DNA of 64,000 nucleotides from Lama glama. Taxonomy: Eukaryota. A program made the position numbers and the translations under genes. The DNA is taken from contig CM052816.1 in assembly GCA_028534125.1 (NCBI GenBank), positions 94,366,001 through 94,430,000 of the forward strand, given 5' to 3'. Numbering within the stretch: position 1 is the first letter of the stretch; every line of letters begins with the position of its first letter. The notes under the pieces are model-generated. The model worked only from the letters and a program-made list of their open reading frames with translations, had not been told where the DNA came from and ran no database searches. Of the stretch, positions 22,641 through 36,296 are shown piece by piece.

Positions 22641-25420
22641 GAAAACATGAAACACTTTTTGCTGCCTAAGAAATAGTTCACAGTATGTTTCTGAGCAAAA
22701 AAATTTTTTAAATCAAAAGCATGACATTAATACTACATTATGCAAAATTCGTCATGCAAAATGAGTTAAATCAGGAGAAAAAAAATTTCAGCAGAAACCC
22801 CAAGTGCCAAAGTTAATACACTTACCTGGGAGAGTGGAATTTCTAACATTGCTTTTCCTTTTTTTTTCTTTTTTTTCTTTTTGAGTCTCTCCATTTCCCA
22901 GATTTCCTGGATTTAGCACAGATTAACTAGTGATTTTTAATGGATTAGCTCTATTTAAGACTAAAGTACTTAACCACAGACTGCAGAGTCAGAAGGCCGA
23001 AGGCCTTGTATGCATGCCTTTATGCGTGCCATCCATCCGTTCAGCAACCCAGAGCTTGGTTCTGGCAGTGTCTACGCAGCTCTCCCTCTGCTCTGGAAGC
23101 TCTGAGCTAAGATGGTTAGGAGTGGAAGCTGACAGTCTTCAGCATCCATACATGGTGATGACCCATGGTGAAGTTAAATCTGGACGTTAGAAATGATGAA
23201 CCATGGAAATTATTCCAAGTCATTTTCACTAGAACAGAGGGGTTGCCGTGGGTGGCACTTGCTCTGTGTGGTGGGGTGAGCCTTGAAGATTTCACTTCTC
23301 TTATTATTGCTGTAAGAAGAAAGGGGGGTAAACAGACCGAATTATTCCTTATACTTTGTGGGTCAAAGTTGTCAAGTGCCTAAGGATAGATCTTGTTTCA
23401 TTGCCTATTCGATCCCATATTTTATTATGACAGGTTACTGTCATATTTTTTAAGAGTTACATTTGATAAACATTGATGTGTGGACAGCATTTAGAAGGCA
23501 ATACTTATGGGAAAGAGGCTGACACAGCAAAGCACACTGAAATAGGAATAAAAGGAAGAAAGCTTGAGTTCTAGGCTCATTTCTGGTGCTTAATACCTTT
23601 GTGGTCTTACACAATTTCTCTGTCCAAAAATTATGTTGATAGTAACACGGACCCAGAGCTTGAATTCTAGTCGGCCCAATAAAATTTAGAAAACACGAAG
23701 TGAAAAGAATAATTTGAGAGATGTAAGCATCCTTTCTCAGCTTAAGGCTATTCTTATGTAGCGTTCCCTTTGGAAGCCACTGCAGTGGAGACGGGTGGGG
23801 ACGCAAGATCGAGGGGGTCTCCCTCTGACCAGAGATGACCTTGCACCCAAGAGCTGCCATTTTCCTTTCTTCTTTCTTTCTGCCCGTCCACTTCTCCCAT
23901 CTCCCAGACCTCCTCTCAGTAGAAAGACGCGGCTTTCAGGCTAGTTACCTGGCACAGCATTTGTTGATCTGTGGACCTACATCCTTGTAATTACAGGCTT
24001 TGATCAAATAAGAAAACCACATATGAAAGTACATCGAATACACAAATGCAGTTTATTTTTAACTTCCCAACCCCAACTCCATAATTACCTAGACCTCCTT
24101 CTTTGGTCCTGTTGGTATCCATCACCTAAATATACTTTCAGCTTGTTAGCCATGTCGCATTTTGCCCAATTATATTCAACTTGATCCTTATTCTTTGCCC
24201 ACATTCGGCTTGCTAAGGTAATTCCGCCAAACCCTCTGATATATTCTGTTTGTAACAGATTTATTTTTTTCAGTGATATTCTCATCCCCATCTTATGAGG
24301 AACTTACTTCAAAAAATAAAAACAAATCAAAACTCAGTTGTAAAGTCCAATGAGAGCATTAGGTAGCCATAGCCACTTTTTGTCACACATTTTAAGGGAA
24401 ATTCTGTACTAGAAAACTTTGGGTTTCCATATCCCTAAATGATTAACTAAATGTAGCTAATAACATAATAAAAGGGCTGCTAAAAGAATTATGTTGCTTT
24501 GGGTGAAACCCAGGATGCGCAGATCCAGTATGATAGGAAATACCTTTTAACGTTCACACAGCGCTGGTTCCTGAAAGGATGTGTACAATAATAGCTTAAG
24601 GCAAGAGAACAGCCTTTATTTACTTCCAGCCTTTTATTTGAATAGTGGTTTTCTGGTGCCTTCGAAAAACTGCCCTCAGTTAATCATTACCTCTGCTGAT
24701 GACCACTGCTGGGTAATGTATGTAACAACGGCTCCAGCCTTCCTTATTTGTGTGAGAAAGACAAGCACATAGAGCCAAAGATACATTCGAGAGCCCTGCT
24801 TTTAACCCGTGCGTGTGTGGCCATTGATGAACGAGGCTGGTGTTATTTGAGTTTCTCCTTTCTTTCCTAAATGAACTCAGACAGAATAAATTGTGACAAG
24901 TGAGTCTTGTCAGCTGCAAGGACCTTTTGTCTGCTGTTGGTCACAGAGTAAGAACCTGGCAAATATTTGCGCAGTAGGCTCGCCAGTTACTACATTTTAC
25001 ATCCCAGCTGAGCTTCTTAGGTCGACTATGGGATTTCTAAATTACTTGTAATTTATTGATCAATTACTTTGTGTGATTTCCAAATAAAGGGGGTTGTCAG
25101 TAGGTTTTTTGTTTGTTTGTTTCAGGTGAAAATGGATCAATGCACAAGTAATACATTTATCTAAAAGATACAGAGTGTCGTTTGACTGGCCTGTTTTTAG
25201 ACCCATATGTCTTTATCTTTTTACGCTCTTATAGCCTAACTGGCCTTTTCCATCTCATCGTTTCTTTCTCCACTTGGTCGGGGTGGATAGAGGAGAAACC
25301 GTCTATTTGCTTGTTTCCCCTTCCTCAGTGATGTCATGTCCTCTCTTTGCAGGTGACACTTATTCCTTTGCTGAAGTGTCTTGCTTAGAGTTGCCTGGTA
25401 CTTATGAGTGTTTTCGGTGA

Positions 25421-25639
<219 letters not shown>

Positions 25640-26979
25640 TAAAACCTCTTCTTTCTGGATGAAAGTTGGTGATTCAATACTGTTGGAAGGAAAATCATGA
25701 TTTTCTAGCAGAGTGTTGGTATTCATTATAAAAGTACTATCAAAATAGGATTACAATAGCTTTTGACTCCAGGTTTTATTCAAGATTTAGGCAGTTTTCC
25801 TTGAAAAAATATTCTAAAGGAACAAAACCAAAAATTGCAATCAAAATTCTTATAGGTGAAGTTTTGGCCAATTCATTGATGGACCTGACACTTAATACTG
25901 TTCAATGTGTAATCCAAATATATGGTCTTTAGAAAATCTAGAGTCTAATAAAATTTCAAAATATATCCATGATGCTAAAAAATTAGTGTGAGTAGGGGCA
26001 GATGAGTATTGTGCTGGGACAAAGCATATTGGTTTCCCCAGTGTTTCTGAGATGGTCCTGGAAGAATTCATGTCAGAACTTTTCCTGTAAAGCTAATTAA
26101 TGTCTGAATGATTCTTCCGCCATACACCCCCCCTTTTTTTTGCTGTAAAAATGGAGAAGTAAATAAAATCTGAAGTCTTAGATTTAAAAGTAATTTTTTT
26201 ATGTAATTCATGTTTCTTGTAAATGAAAGGTGGTAAATAATTTTTAAAAGCTGGAAAATCAAGATTTTAAAATTCATTTCTTTTTCTTATCATGTGCTGG
26301 AATATAAAATTAGTATTCATTTTTTTTTGTAGTGCAGAAGCATCTTGTGTTTGAGTTATACGATAAAGGATGCTGAATCAGCAACAGTGGTGGGGGTGGG
26401 AGTGACATAACTTCCTTGACTCCAGGAACATCTCAACAGAAGCAATAGATGAAATGGGGCGATTAAGTTCTCAAACAGGAGAAATGCTCCAGGCTTCCTA
26501 GAGGACACTGGTTCTGTTTAGTAGATGGAGACTGATTTAGGTAAAGATGGGTGGTCAAGCAATGAAGAGTAGCTAAGGGAGGATCCATTGACAGAAAGGA
26601 TCAAGGGAGGTATCAGTCTGAAGTGTGCCGCCGGGTCCGAAGGGGTGGAGCCAAGTAGGTGCGTGAAGGAGAGTTGGGTAGATTGGCTGGATAATCTAGT
26701 TTGTGAAAGTGATAAGTAAGCAGGCAATTGGGTCGAGGCCTAGGCTGTATTGCTTGATTGGTTTGCTTCCCAAAGCTTACCTAGGAGTTTTCTGACTATT
26801 TCTAAGGGGAAATGGAAAGGAGCAGAAGTTCCAGCCACTCTCCCCACTCCAGATACTGCTTTGTTATATGGCTGGGTTGGGTCATGATTTTTTATCCTGG
26901 CATGGTCTGAAAATCTTCCCAGGCTACTGGCTTTAGAGCAGTGGCAAAATGAAGTCAGGAGGAGTAAATATACTGAGAC

Positions 26980-28560
26980 AACCAGACTTGTCTGATGAAA
27001 ACTATAATATTTTATTAAAGTACATTAAAGAATTCGGAATAAAGGACGGGATGCCATGGTCCTGTGTAGGAAAGCTTGATATCATAACAATATCACTCTC
27101 CCCCAATTTAATATAAAATGTAGGCTGTTGTAATCAGAATTCTGGGGCTGATTATTTCTTTGGCGAACTGGATCAAACTACTTTCAAGATCGATCATATG
27201 GAAGCATTATTAAATATATGAGAATTGCAGGGAAAATTTTTATAGAAATAGTTGACCTTACCAAACACACTAATTATAGTGGTGCCGAGTGGGCCCTAAA
27301 TAGAAAGAATGATCTCTCTAGGACATTACTGAAGATTCAGAACAGATCCAGATATATATAGGAGCCCAGTTCATTTTAAGTACTTCAGTTCAGCACAAAG
27401 CGGTGGTTGGAATGGTGTCAGCATAGCTGCCTAATGATCTGGAAGAAAATTAAGGCCCTTAACTCACAATATATTCAGAAATAAACCTCAGAGGGAGAGC
27501 AGGTAACTGTAAAAAGAAAACTATAGACACATTAGGAAAAACACTGGGAAAATATTCAGATGAACTCGAGGTGGAGAAGGCTTTTGAGAACCTTCTCAAA
27601 AGGCTTTTGGGAAATGCAGAAGCCATACACGAATGGTCGGCGCCGTTGGCCGTGTGAACACCAACAATAACAGCAAGGACTAATTCAGCATAAAAAAGTC
27701 CGGAGTAGGCCAAGAGGAAATATGTGCCACAAGTGTGACAAAATGTTGGTATAATTAATATATTAAGACTTCCTAATGTTGAGAAAAAGAGGAATAAAAG
27801 AATCGAAAACTAGGCAAAAATATATATCTATATATATCAACGGGCAACTCAAAGAAGAAAAAATGCAAACAACCAGTAAATGTATGCAAATACTTTTTGC
27901 CCTAACGTACTCATCAAGGACATAAAGTTCAAAATGAGGCATGATTTTCTTTAATCTACAAAATAGACGAACATTAAAAAATAACACCAATTGTAAGCTT
28001 GCTATAGCTAAATTTTGAGGAAATTCACATTCTTTTTCATTCCAAATAGGAATGTGCATTCCTATAATCTTTTTGTACAATGATGTGTTGCTGTGAATGT
28101 TTGAAAGTTCCATAGCCTTTGGTTAGTCATTCTTAGGCGTTATGTTCTGTAGAAATGAATGGCCTAGAATATGAGATTTCATGTCTGTAAGTATTTAGTG
28201 CAGGATTATTTGAAATAGAAAAATTGAAGGAACAATACTGATTGAAGAAGACTTGTAAAACTGGTATATCCTTTCTATAAAATCCTTCATATAAAAGCTA
28301 TATCCTTTCTAAGCAGTTATTAATAAAAATGAGTTGGAGCTATATAGCTAAACTTTAAAAAAAATCCATGAAGATTTTAGAAAGGAGATGACATACTATT
28401 GTATTATCCTGTTTTTAAAAAACAAAGTAGTAAATCTGTTTTTTCTTTGCACATTTTTCTGAGTCTCTAGAAAAGTGTAGAAGGAAATGAGTCAAACTTT
28501 TAGATTGGGTACCATCCGTGTCTACAATTAGACAGAGGTGGCAGCGAACAGAGGGCGTAG
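26980..28560 (+). mobile_element. Ancient L1 (L1ME-like), ORF2 3' part to 3'UTR, heavily diverged
   Basis: Collinear relics gatgccatggtcctgtgtaggaaagcttgatatc…ctcccccaatttaatataaaat…cagaacagatccagatatatatagg…aaataaacctcagaggga…aaaactatagacacattaggaaaaacactgggaaaatat…caacgggcaactcaaagaagaaaaaatgcaaa. Confidence 0.75.
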
Positions 28561-30109
28561 AGGATGGAGGGAAGTAGCAAAAACGGGAAAAATAATTGGG
28601 AGACTGGAATACATGTTAGTTGGGTTTGGATCGTAGGAAATAGTCCTTCAGCTGAAACAGTGGTGTCTGGAGTTGAGAGAGTTGATAAGCTACTTAAAGA
28701 AAAAATGCATTACTGTGAATAAAATGATCCCACGGAATCTTTGATGAGAATTTGATAGAAACTTATTGTGAAGAGTTTTTTTTTTTCAATTATTAAAATA
28801 AATTCATTGATCATCCTTTGGATAGCAAAGGTGAGATTCTTTGTGGCAGATAAGGAATGTGAGGAGGAATGAAAATCTCTTGGGAAGCTGGGGGTGGGAG
28901 GCTCAAATCAGAGATGCAGGTGTCAGGGCCCACGTGTGTTGTCGCCAGTTTGAAGGCAGAAATCAACAAGCAGCCAGGTCCCCGCGCTTCCTTGGTGTAG
29001 CCTCGTCCCAGCTACCGATCTCTTCCTTTACTGGGAAATTTGTGTTCTAAATTAGTCTTAAAACTTTATTCTCCACTTTTTCTCGGGTATAGACTCTCCT
29101 TTATGGAGTTAAAACTAAGTTAAATATGTATTTTTTTAAATTAGCTGAGATTAAGAAAAAGTGACTTTAAAAAGTAATACTATGATTCTTAATAATTATC
29201 TGCATGATACATTTATAAATCTTTCACCTAAAGAATATAGTTTGCCCCTGATCCTCTTTAGGTGCTAATGAGAACTACTTTTCTTGAGTAAAAATCCTAT
29301 TTATTAATTTAGATTCAAGCAAAAATTTTTTATAGCATCACACTTACATGCACTCTAGTCCTGGCTCCTTGGAGGTCAGTTCCACAGGAAAGAAGTGATT
29401 CTTTTATCATAGCAGGCATATCTTCTGAGCTGACTGCCATGTAGTAGGTTATATCATTTAATTACTCAGTCATTAAACATACAGGGCACCTTATATAGGC
29501 AAATCACAATAAAGGGTAATAATGGAAATACATCTCTAAAGAAAACTCAGTCTAATAGGAGTTCTTGGAGTAAGTTGTTGATGAGACTAAGAACACAAGT
29601 TCTTAGGCTGATAGTTGACATTGCATAGAAATAAATTCTAGTTTACAGCCAGCTGTGGCAAATCCTGAACCATGAAACACGTCCACATAGTGTGTCTGGT
29701 GTGCCTGAGACATTTGTAAGCTGAGCCCCAAAGTGCTTGAACACGGCAGCCATGGATTGCTCAGTGAAAAGGTGTTTGTTGACTTTTTTCCTTAGTTCTA
29801 ATTTCCCGTCTTGAATGCTTTTAAACTGGGGTATTTTATACTTTAATATGAACATAAATAGAGCCATGCTTTATGCTCTCCCTTTGGGTAATTTTCTGTA
29901 TTTCAGACTCATGTCTCTTTTCCAACAGTTACAAAGTCTCCCGTCCTGTGGGACTCTAAGAGGGAGGCACCCAGTCCCCACTTCCTCTCCTGGCTGTGAC
30001 TGCCCTTCACCAGAAGAGGAAGAGGGTACAAAGATTAGGCCTGTGGTTATTCTGGTCATGTCATTTGAACAAATAATGGAGAGAGGAGACTGATAACTAT
30101 CCATCACAA

Positions 30110-30800
30110 AGACGAGCCAAAATGATGTGTTAGCTCAAGGGAAGAGAAGGGTTGAGGGAGCGATTCATTTTTAAGGATGGGGGAATCTTGCTGTGATGAT
30201 AGCAGTGACCCATTAGAGGACAAGTGAATGATGCTTGAGAGAGCAGGCGTCGTTTTAGGTTGTGAGAGTGAGGGGATCTGGTGCTCCAGCGGAGGGAACG
30301 GTTTTTGAAACAGAGACAGTTCATCCAGGAGAACAGGAGGGAGGCAGAGTGCATGGTTGCAGGTAGGCTGCCAGCGTGGTTCTGGAAATGTGTGTGTTTC
30401 TCTTTGGCTGTCCTCAGGAGGGCACAGGCAGCTTGTTTTGAGTTGGAGCCTGGTTGGGGGTCTGTGGAGAGTTGGGCTGAGCCGAGGGGGAGGGGAAGGC
30501 ACTGGATATGATGGATGCAAGAAAGTGATGATACTGATGGATCTTGGAATAGATGCCGAGTGAAATGGGGTAGAACCCAGAAAAATGGGTAGGGACTGTG
30601 GAGTCACAGAGTGAATAACTACCGATGGTGATGGCATGAGAATCATCTGAAGGTAGTTATTGCTAATGTCGAGACCTAGGTGATGACTCTGGAAATAAGA
30701 TCAAACAAGAAAGGAGAGAGTGGGCTGACAGTTGACTACGAAAGTTGCCCTGAGGATGAGAACAGGGCAGCAGTAAGAGAGTGGGCAGTGGCTCAAATCC
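30110..30800 (-). mobile_element. L2 ORF2-region fragment
   Basis: gacccattagaggacaagtgaatgatgcttgagagag…gaggggatctggtgctccagcggaggg…gacagttcatccaggagaacaggagggaggcagagtgcatgg matches recalled antisense L2 consensus. This explains the Pro/Ser-rich 180-aa minus-strand ORF. Confidence 0.7.
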
Positions 30801-33399
30801 CCCATTACCAGAGAGGAGAGACCCAAGGCGGCCTCCTGACCGCAGGAAATTCAATCACATTGCTTATGATTCGCCTGAGAGTAACCATCCTGATCTTTTT
30901 TTCGTGCTGTCATTTTTTTTTGAAGTGTTACCGTGTTGGTCTGTACTATTAGAAAAGAATTTACATTCACTCACACTGTGTAATGCTGATCTTTGTATTT
31001 TATCTGAAATCACTATGTGTACTGCTTTGCTCTTAAGAAAACCACGACTTTCCTAAAAATGTACTTGTTTTGAAATGTATTTCTTTTCCTTCAGTTGATC
31101 AATGTTTTTTCCTTTGATCGTCACGTACTTCCGAATTTGGCATCTAAAGGATCTTCTTACATGAGCTAGAAAAGTTATGGCGACCTTTTAAAACCTTTAG
31201 AGTTCATAGAGTTCATTGATGTTTGTAAAATATTATAGCTCAGATAAATGTGGTTTTTTGTAATGGTTCTACCAGCCAAGTACATTTAATATTGAATAGA
31301 TTAAATAGAAATTTCTTGGTGTATAACTGTATATGCAAATGTGTCATTTTGTTTCATTTATTCAGTAGTAATTGTCATATATCTAAAATGTGTCTAAATT
31401 GGGCTTCCCCTGGGAGATACACAGATTTGGAGTTTGCTTGCAAGTACTTAGGAATGAAGTTAAAAATATAGGACAAACCTGTATGAAAAAGTATAAATTA
31501 TTCAGAAGTTGTAGGTGAAATTTTAAGGAAACCCTCCTGTCAATTTATTACAAAACTCCAAATGATTTATACTAGTAAAAACATTCCTGAAAACTGATAG
31601 TGTTTATAACCTTAGATACTCTATTACTAGAGTAATTTCTCTTGTTCTATAAATTCTGCAAGGATTGGAAATTATAATCTTGATTTTAGAGGGAATTTTT
31701 AGTACTATTATTCAGGATATCAATGATGTAGTAAAACAGAATTCTCTTCCATTAATCATTCTTGTTATTATACTTAATATAGGGAAATAGGAGTAAAGGA
31801 ATTTTTGAGCTCCCATTATGGGCAAAACTACAGCACAGAGTGTTTGAACCATATGAAGATAATAAGAAAGCATTTAAAAGTAATTTTAAAAGATTCATCT
31901 TACATAAAATCTAAAAAAAATGGGATCATTTACACTGATTCGTGTGAGGACAGCATGCCTTTATTTTTATAAACTGTCTACAGTTATAATTTTAAAATTG
32001 CATAGCTCTGTATAACAAGAATGTTATTGGGAAGGAGCACATTATAAAATGCTCCTTTAATTGGTGTTTTCCCAGTGCCACATGTCATTGTGAAATCTTT
32101 CAGTATTATTAGTGTTACACAATGTGCAACAATAGTTTCTGATAACACAACGTGGAAAATGACCTACGTAACTAATCTGTTTCCAAACTGTATTTTGGGA
32201 AAGCATTTTAGGAAAGTAATGACAAAATTATCATTCATGAGAAAGAGGAAATTAAAACATCTTTAGGAGAGGTCAAGAAGATAGAGAAGGATTATCTGCC
32301 AAGACTAGCGAGCCTTGCGTTCGTTTAGTTAGGGGAGAAGAGAATTAGATGATAGTGCCTCAAGTTGAACTTTCTCTACGTATCAAAATTAAAATGAGAA
32401 TTGATTGATGATTTGAAAATGTATTGCTTGTTTGAAACCAGATAGAGATTGGAAGTGGAAAAAAAAAGCATAATTTCCCCCTCATTTTCATTGCTAGAAC
32501 ATGGACTGTGTTAGGAGCAGTGAAATGTTTCGGCATGTGGATGAAGATAGGAAAGCACAAACCAGGAATCTGTAGACCTGGGTCCTGGTGGATGGTATTT
32601 AACAGGGTGAGAGCAGAGCCACAGTCAGCAAGAATCAGAAAGCCGTGTAAATATCATGCACACAGGCTGGGAGGTGGAGATAGATAGTGACCAGACTGGG
32701 TGTTAGACTTCCGCGGGGCAAGGAAAGCAAACATGGGGTGGGTATGTAGGGTAACGAAGTTCCCAGGAGGATGGAAAGGGATGGTCCTGTGACAGCGGGC
32801 TGGTGGGACCCTGGGTTTGAAGTGAGTTTGTTTCTTTGTGGATCATGGATCTTTTGCATCACAATAATGATGGTTGAAACTAGAGATCAAGGAACAGCAA
32901 GGGTCATAAGCTGTCTGTGTAAGATTTGGGGAATCCGTGCTAGGAGTTCTGGTCAGGGCTGAATAATTCTGGAAGTGAGGACAGAGCAACCCCTTCTCTT
33001 CCTCCACTCCACCCCCCGCCACACTGCGTCTTGTGTATTCTGTTCTTGCCTGTAAGTTATTTTGACGCTTTCCCCAAACTTAATTTTTTCCCTTCACATT
33101 TTACTTTGTAACTCATCACAAGACACATCTTTTTTAATAACGCCTCAGACTCTATTCTAAGAATTAATTCGCTTACTTGCTGTCTGCTCTATCCCTTTGA
33201 AGGTTTTAGTTGTTCAGTTTTGGGGAGACTGACGGCTATCATGGGAAAAATAAAAGTGGAGGAACCTTTTCTATGCAAAATTAGAAGGTAGGCTTGTGGG
33301 GTTTGTAATGTGACATTATAGTGCATTTTTAGTGTCTCCTGTTTATCAGTAGGATTCATGACTAAATATTAATATGTGAAATCACATTGAATGTTTTAC

Positions 33400-33820
33400 A
33401 TGCGATGTTTTAATATTTTTCAATGAATTTTCCCTTGTAAAATGATTCATGCACATTGTGCAAAGTTTAAAAAAAAACTCAGAAAGGAATAAAGATGCAG
33501 ATTTTATTTGAGAATAACACTGCAGCTGGAGATCGTTGCAAGTATTTGGTAAGATTTCCTATGACTACTTAATTATTTGTACAAATTTTTATTTACCTTT
33601 ATATTTTATTTTAACATTTAACATTATATCAAGAGTATCTTTTATGTCACTAAATACTATTTTAAGACATTTTTCAAATGACTTTATAAATATATATAGT
33701 GAATTATTTAATATTATACTTTTATTGAACGTTTCCATCTTAGTCGAGCTCTTAGGGTGATTCAGTTTTCTCAGATTAAAAAAAAAAGTTCATGTCATAC
33801 TTCCTCGTGCATAAATCACT
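33400..33820 (-). mobile_element. Ancient L1 (L1ME-like) 3' end
   Basis: aatgattcatgcacattgtgcaaagtttaaaaa…cagaaaggaataaag…ttagggtgattcagttttctc; AT-rich and diverged. Confidence 0.5.
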
Positions 33821-35913
33821 GGGTCTACTTTGACAGAGGCTGCCTGGAGCAAAATTTCGAGACAGCGTTTAAAGACCCTTACAAACTCTCTGAGCAACAA
33901 TGTCATAATTAATTACTGATAAGAACCACAGGCAGGACACATGAAGCAGGAACTCCTGGGGTCTAATAGGCAGTGCCCTGTGCAGTGGTTTGGACACAAC
34001 AGGAAATAAACAAATGGAATGTTCTAGAGGGAGTAAATGGGGAAAAGCATGTTTAGCATTCAGAGCAACTGAAGCAAATATGGTAGAAGTGGGCAAGATA
34101 AACACAGGACTTACCACAGGACAGGGAAACAATGTTAAATAATATCTTAAAATAACAGAAACAGGTTTTAAAAGGACAGCTGTTAAATTTCTTTCAATTT
34201 TACATATTTTAGTACAATACATATGATGTATTTCTTTCAAAATCTCTATAGAAAACTTATTTCATCAGACATATAATTAAATAATGACTTTTTTCCTGTA
34301 GTGATTATTTTGTTCCATATTTTCAATTTATGACCAGAGAAACTCAAACTTTAAAAAATATTCAGTTTATCTACCGTATCAGAAACTGCTAGAGAATTGA
34401 AATGAGACACTAGCTTGTTTTTCTCTGTGGCCAAGGTTTTGCTGGTGTCCCTGCCTGTCTTGCTCTTATTTAACTTGGAAAAGGGAGATGGGTCATTTCA
34501 CATCAATTTGATCTGCAGCATGATTTTGGAATCGGAAGGAATCGTTAATAAGATTCCAAACAGAATTCAGTGAATGTACACAGCCCTGTGTTAGTTAATG
34601 TCTGTAGAGAAGATGCGGGTTAAGTACCACAAAACTGCTTTCCTGGAGCATTCCTGCTTCTGAGAGCCAGTGGTTTGGACGCACTTATCTCTGGCGTGCA
34701 TGGTAAACATGCCCCAGGGCAACCCATTGATCTTGTTCAAGTTGCTGTCATTCAGCTGCAGTCACTAGAGGAGGCAGCAGGTTCATGCCCTGGGCTCTAA
34801 AGGAGCCGGCCAGAGTAATGCTGCCTAGAAAAGTGAGGGCCAGCACCTCCTTTTTCACTGATGACAGGTTCTGACTTTCACATTCTACTCCCCGCCTCTG
34901 GAAGCAGCTGATCTACTTGCCTAATAAACAGGGGAAAGGACATAATATCAACCAGACCGAAACAGACACACCGAAATCGCGTTTGACAAAGGGTCTTCAG
35001 TATTTAGGTAACGAATACCAAATAGCTCTGGTCACCTGGTCAGTAGATTTAGTTATCTGGGATGGACGTTATGTCCAAGATGAAAAACTAAGTTACATAA
35101 AAGTCCATCTAAGATCATCGTTCCCATGGTCGCTGGCAAGTCCAAGCAAGTCCATGCCCCGTTTGACATGGCCATCTCTTGTGTTCTGGGAGGTAGAACT
35201 CTGAGGTATGAACGAAGGGTGTTTGAGTTGATTTGCAGCTGATTTGCAGTTGATTTGAAGGACAGCCGTAGCTCTGCTGGCCAGCACTTGCGCCCACCAC
35301 CTCCAGAACAGAGAAGCCCTCCACCCAAACAAAAGATCAGCTTCTGTAGCCAGCCCACCTGCCAGCTAGCGCAGACCCTTTTGTTAAATAATACCTTTCA
35401 CTCCAGCCACTTGTCAGGGACCTGAAGTTGCCTGCTGTAAACCTGCCAAAAGTCAGAGGCAGCTTATTCTTAAAATTAACAATCTAGAGTATAAATTTCA
35501 CCATTTTTGGAGCTCTGCTCCTATCAGGAGGAGCCAGTCAGTTCTCCACAGTAATGCCTTCCAAGAATGTGGTTTCAATAATGCTGCAGTAATGAGATGA
35601 CCCCACCTTTCTGGAGAGTAGAGATAAGAAGTTACCATACTGGGAGCTTCTCTGGATTGTGTGGAAGCCTGATACTGACAACCTTTCCTACACTGTTGTC
35701 ACTTGATTTAATATAAATGAAACATTTTATCTTTTAAGACATTTTTTATCAGTGAGATTAGTCATTTTACAGTGTTGTGTTAGTTTCTGGTGTACAGCAT
35801 AGTGATTCAGTTTTACATATTATATATATTCTTTTTCATCATAGACTATGACAAGGTATTGAATATAGTTCCCTGTGCTGTATGTACAGTAGGACCGTGT
35901 TGTTTATCTCTTT

Positions 35914-36296
35914 TTTTTAACATTTTTTATTGAATTATAATCATTTTACAATGTTGTGTCAAATTCCAGTGTTCAGCACAATTTTTCAGTCCTTCANNNN
36001 NNNNNNNNNNNNNNNNNNNNNNNNNNNNNNNNNNNNNNNNNNNNNNNNNNNNNNNNNNNNNNNNNNNNNNNNNNNNNNNNNNNNNNNNNNNNNNNNTCTA
36101 GGAGCATCCATGTTGCTGCAAATGGCGTTATGTTGTCGGTTTTTATGGCTGAGTAGTATTCCATTGTATAAATATACCACATCTTCTTTATCCAGTCACC
36201 TATTGATGGACATTTAGGCTGTTTCCATGTTTTGGCTATTGTAAATAGTGCTGCTATGAACATTGGAGTGCAGGTGTCATCCTGAAGTAGATTTCA
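35914..36296 (-). mobile_element. Young camelid-type L1 3' end nested in the previous L1 (contains a 100-N gap)
   Basis: ttttaacattttttattgaattataatcattttacaatgttgtgtcaaattccagtg…tctaggagcatccatgttgctgcaaatggc…; the minus strand encodes the L1 ORF2 C-terminus [41 protein letters not shown]. Exact 16-bp TSD tgttgtttatctcttt (35898-35913, 36297-36312). Confidence 0.93.
35997..36096. other. Assembly gap (100 N)
   Basis: Run of N inside the young L1. Confidence 1.

Noticed and set aside
30104..30646. 180-aa minus-strand ORF
   Set aside because: Lies in a decayed L2 fragment and is not a credible gene.
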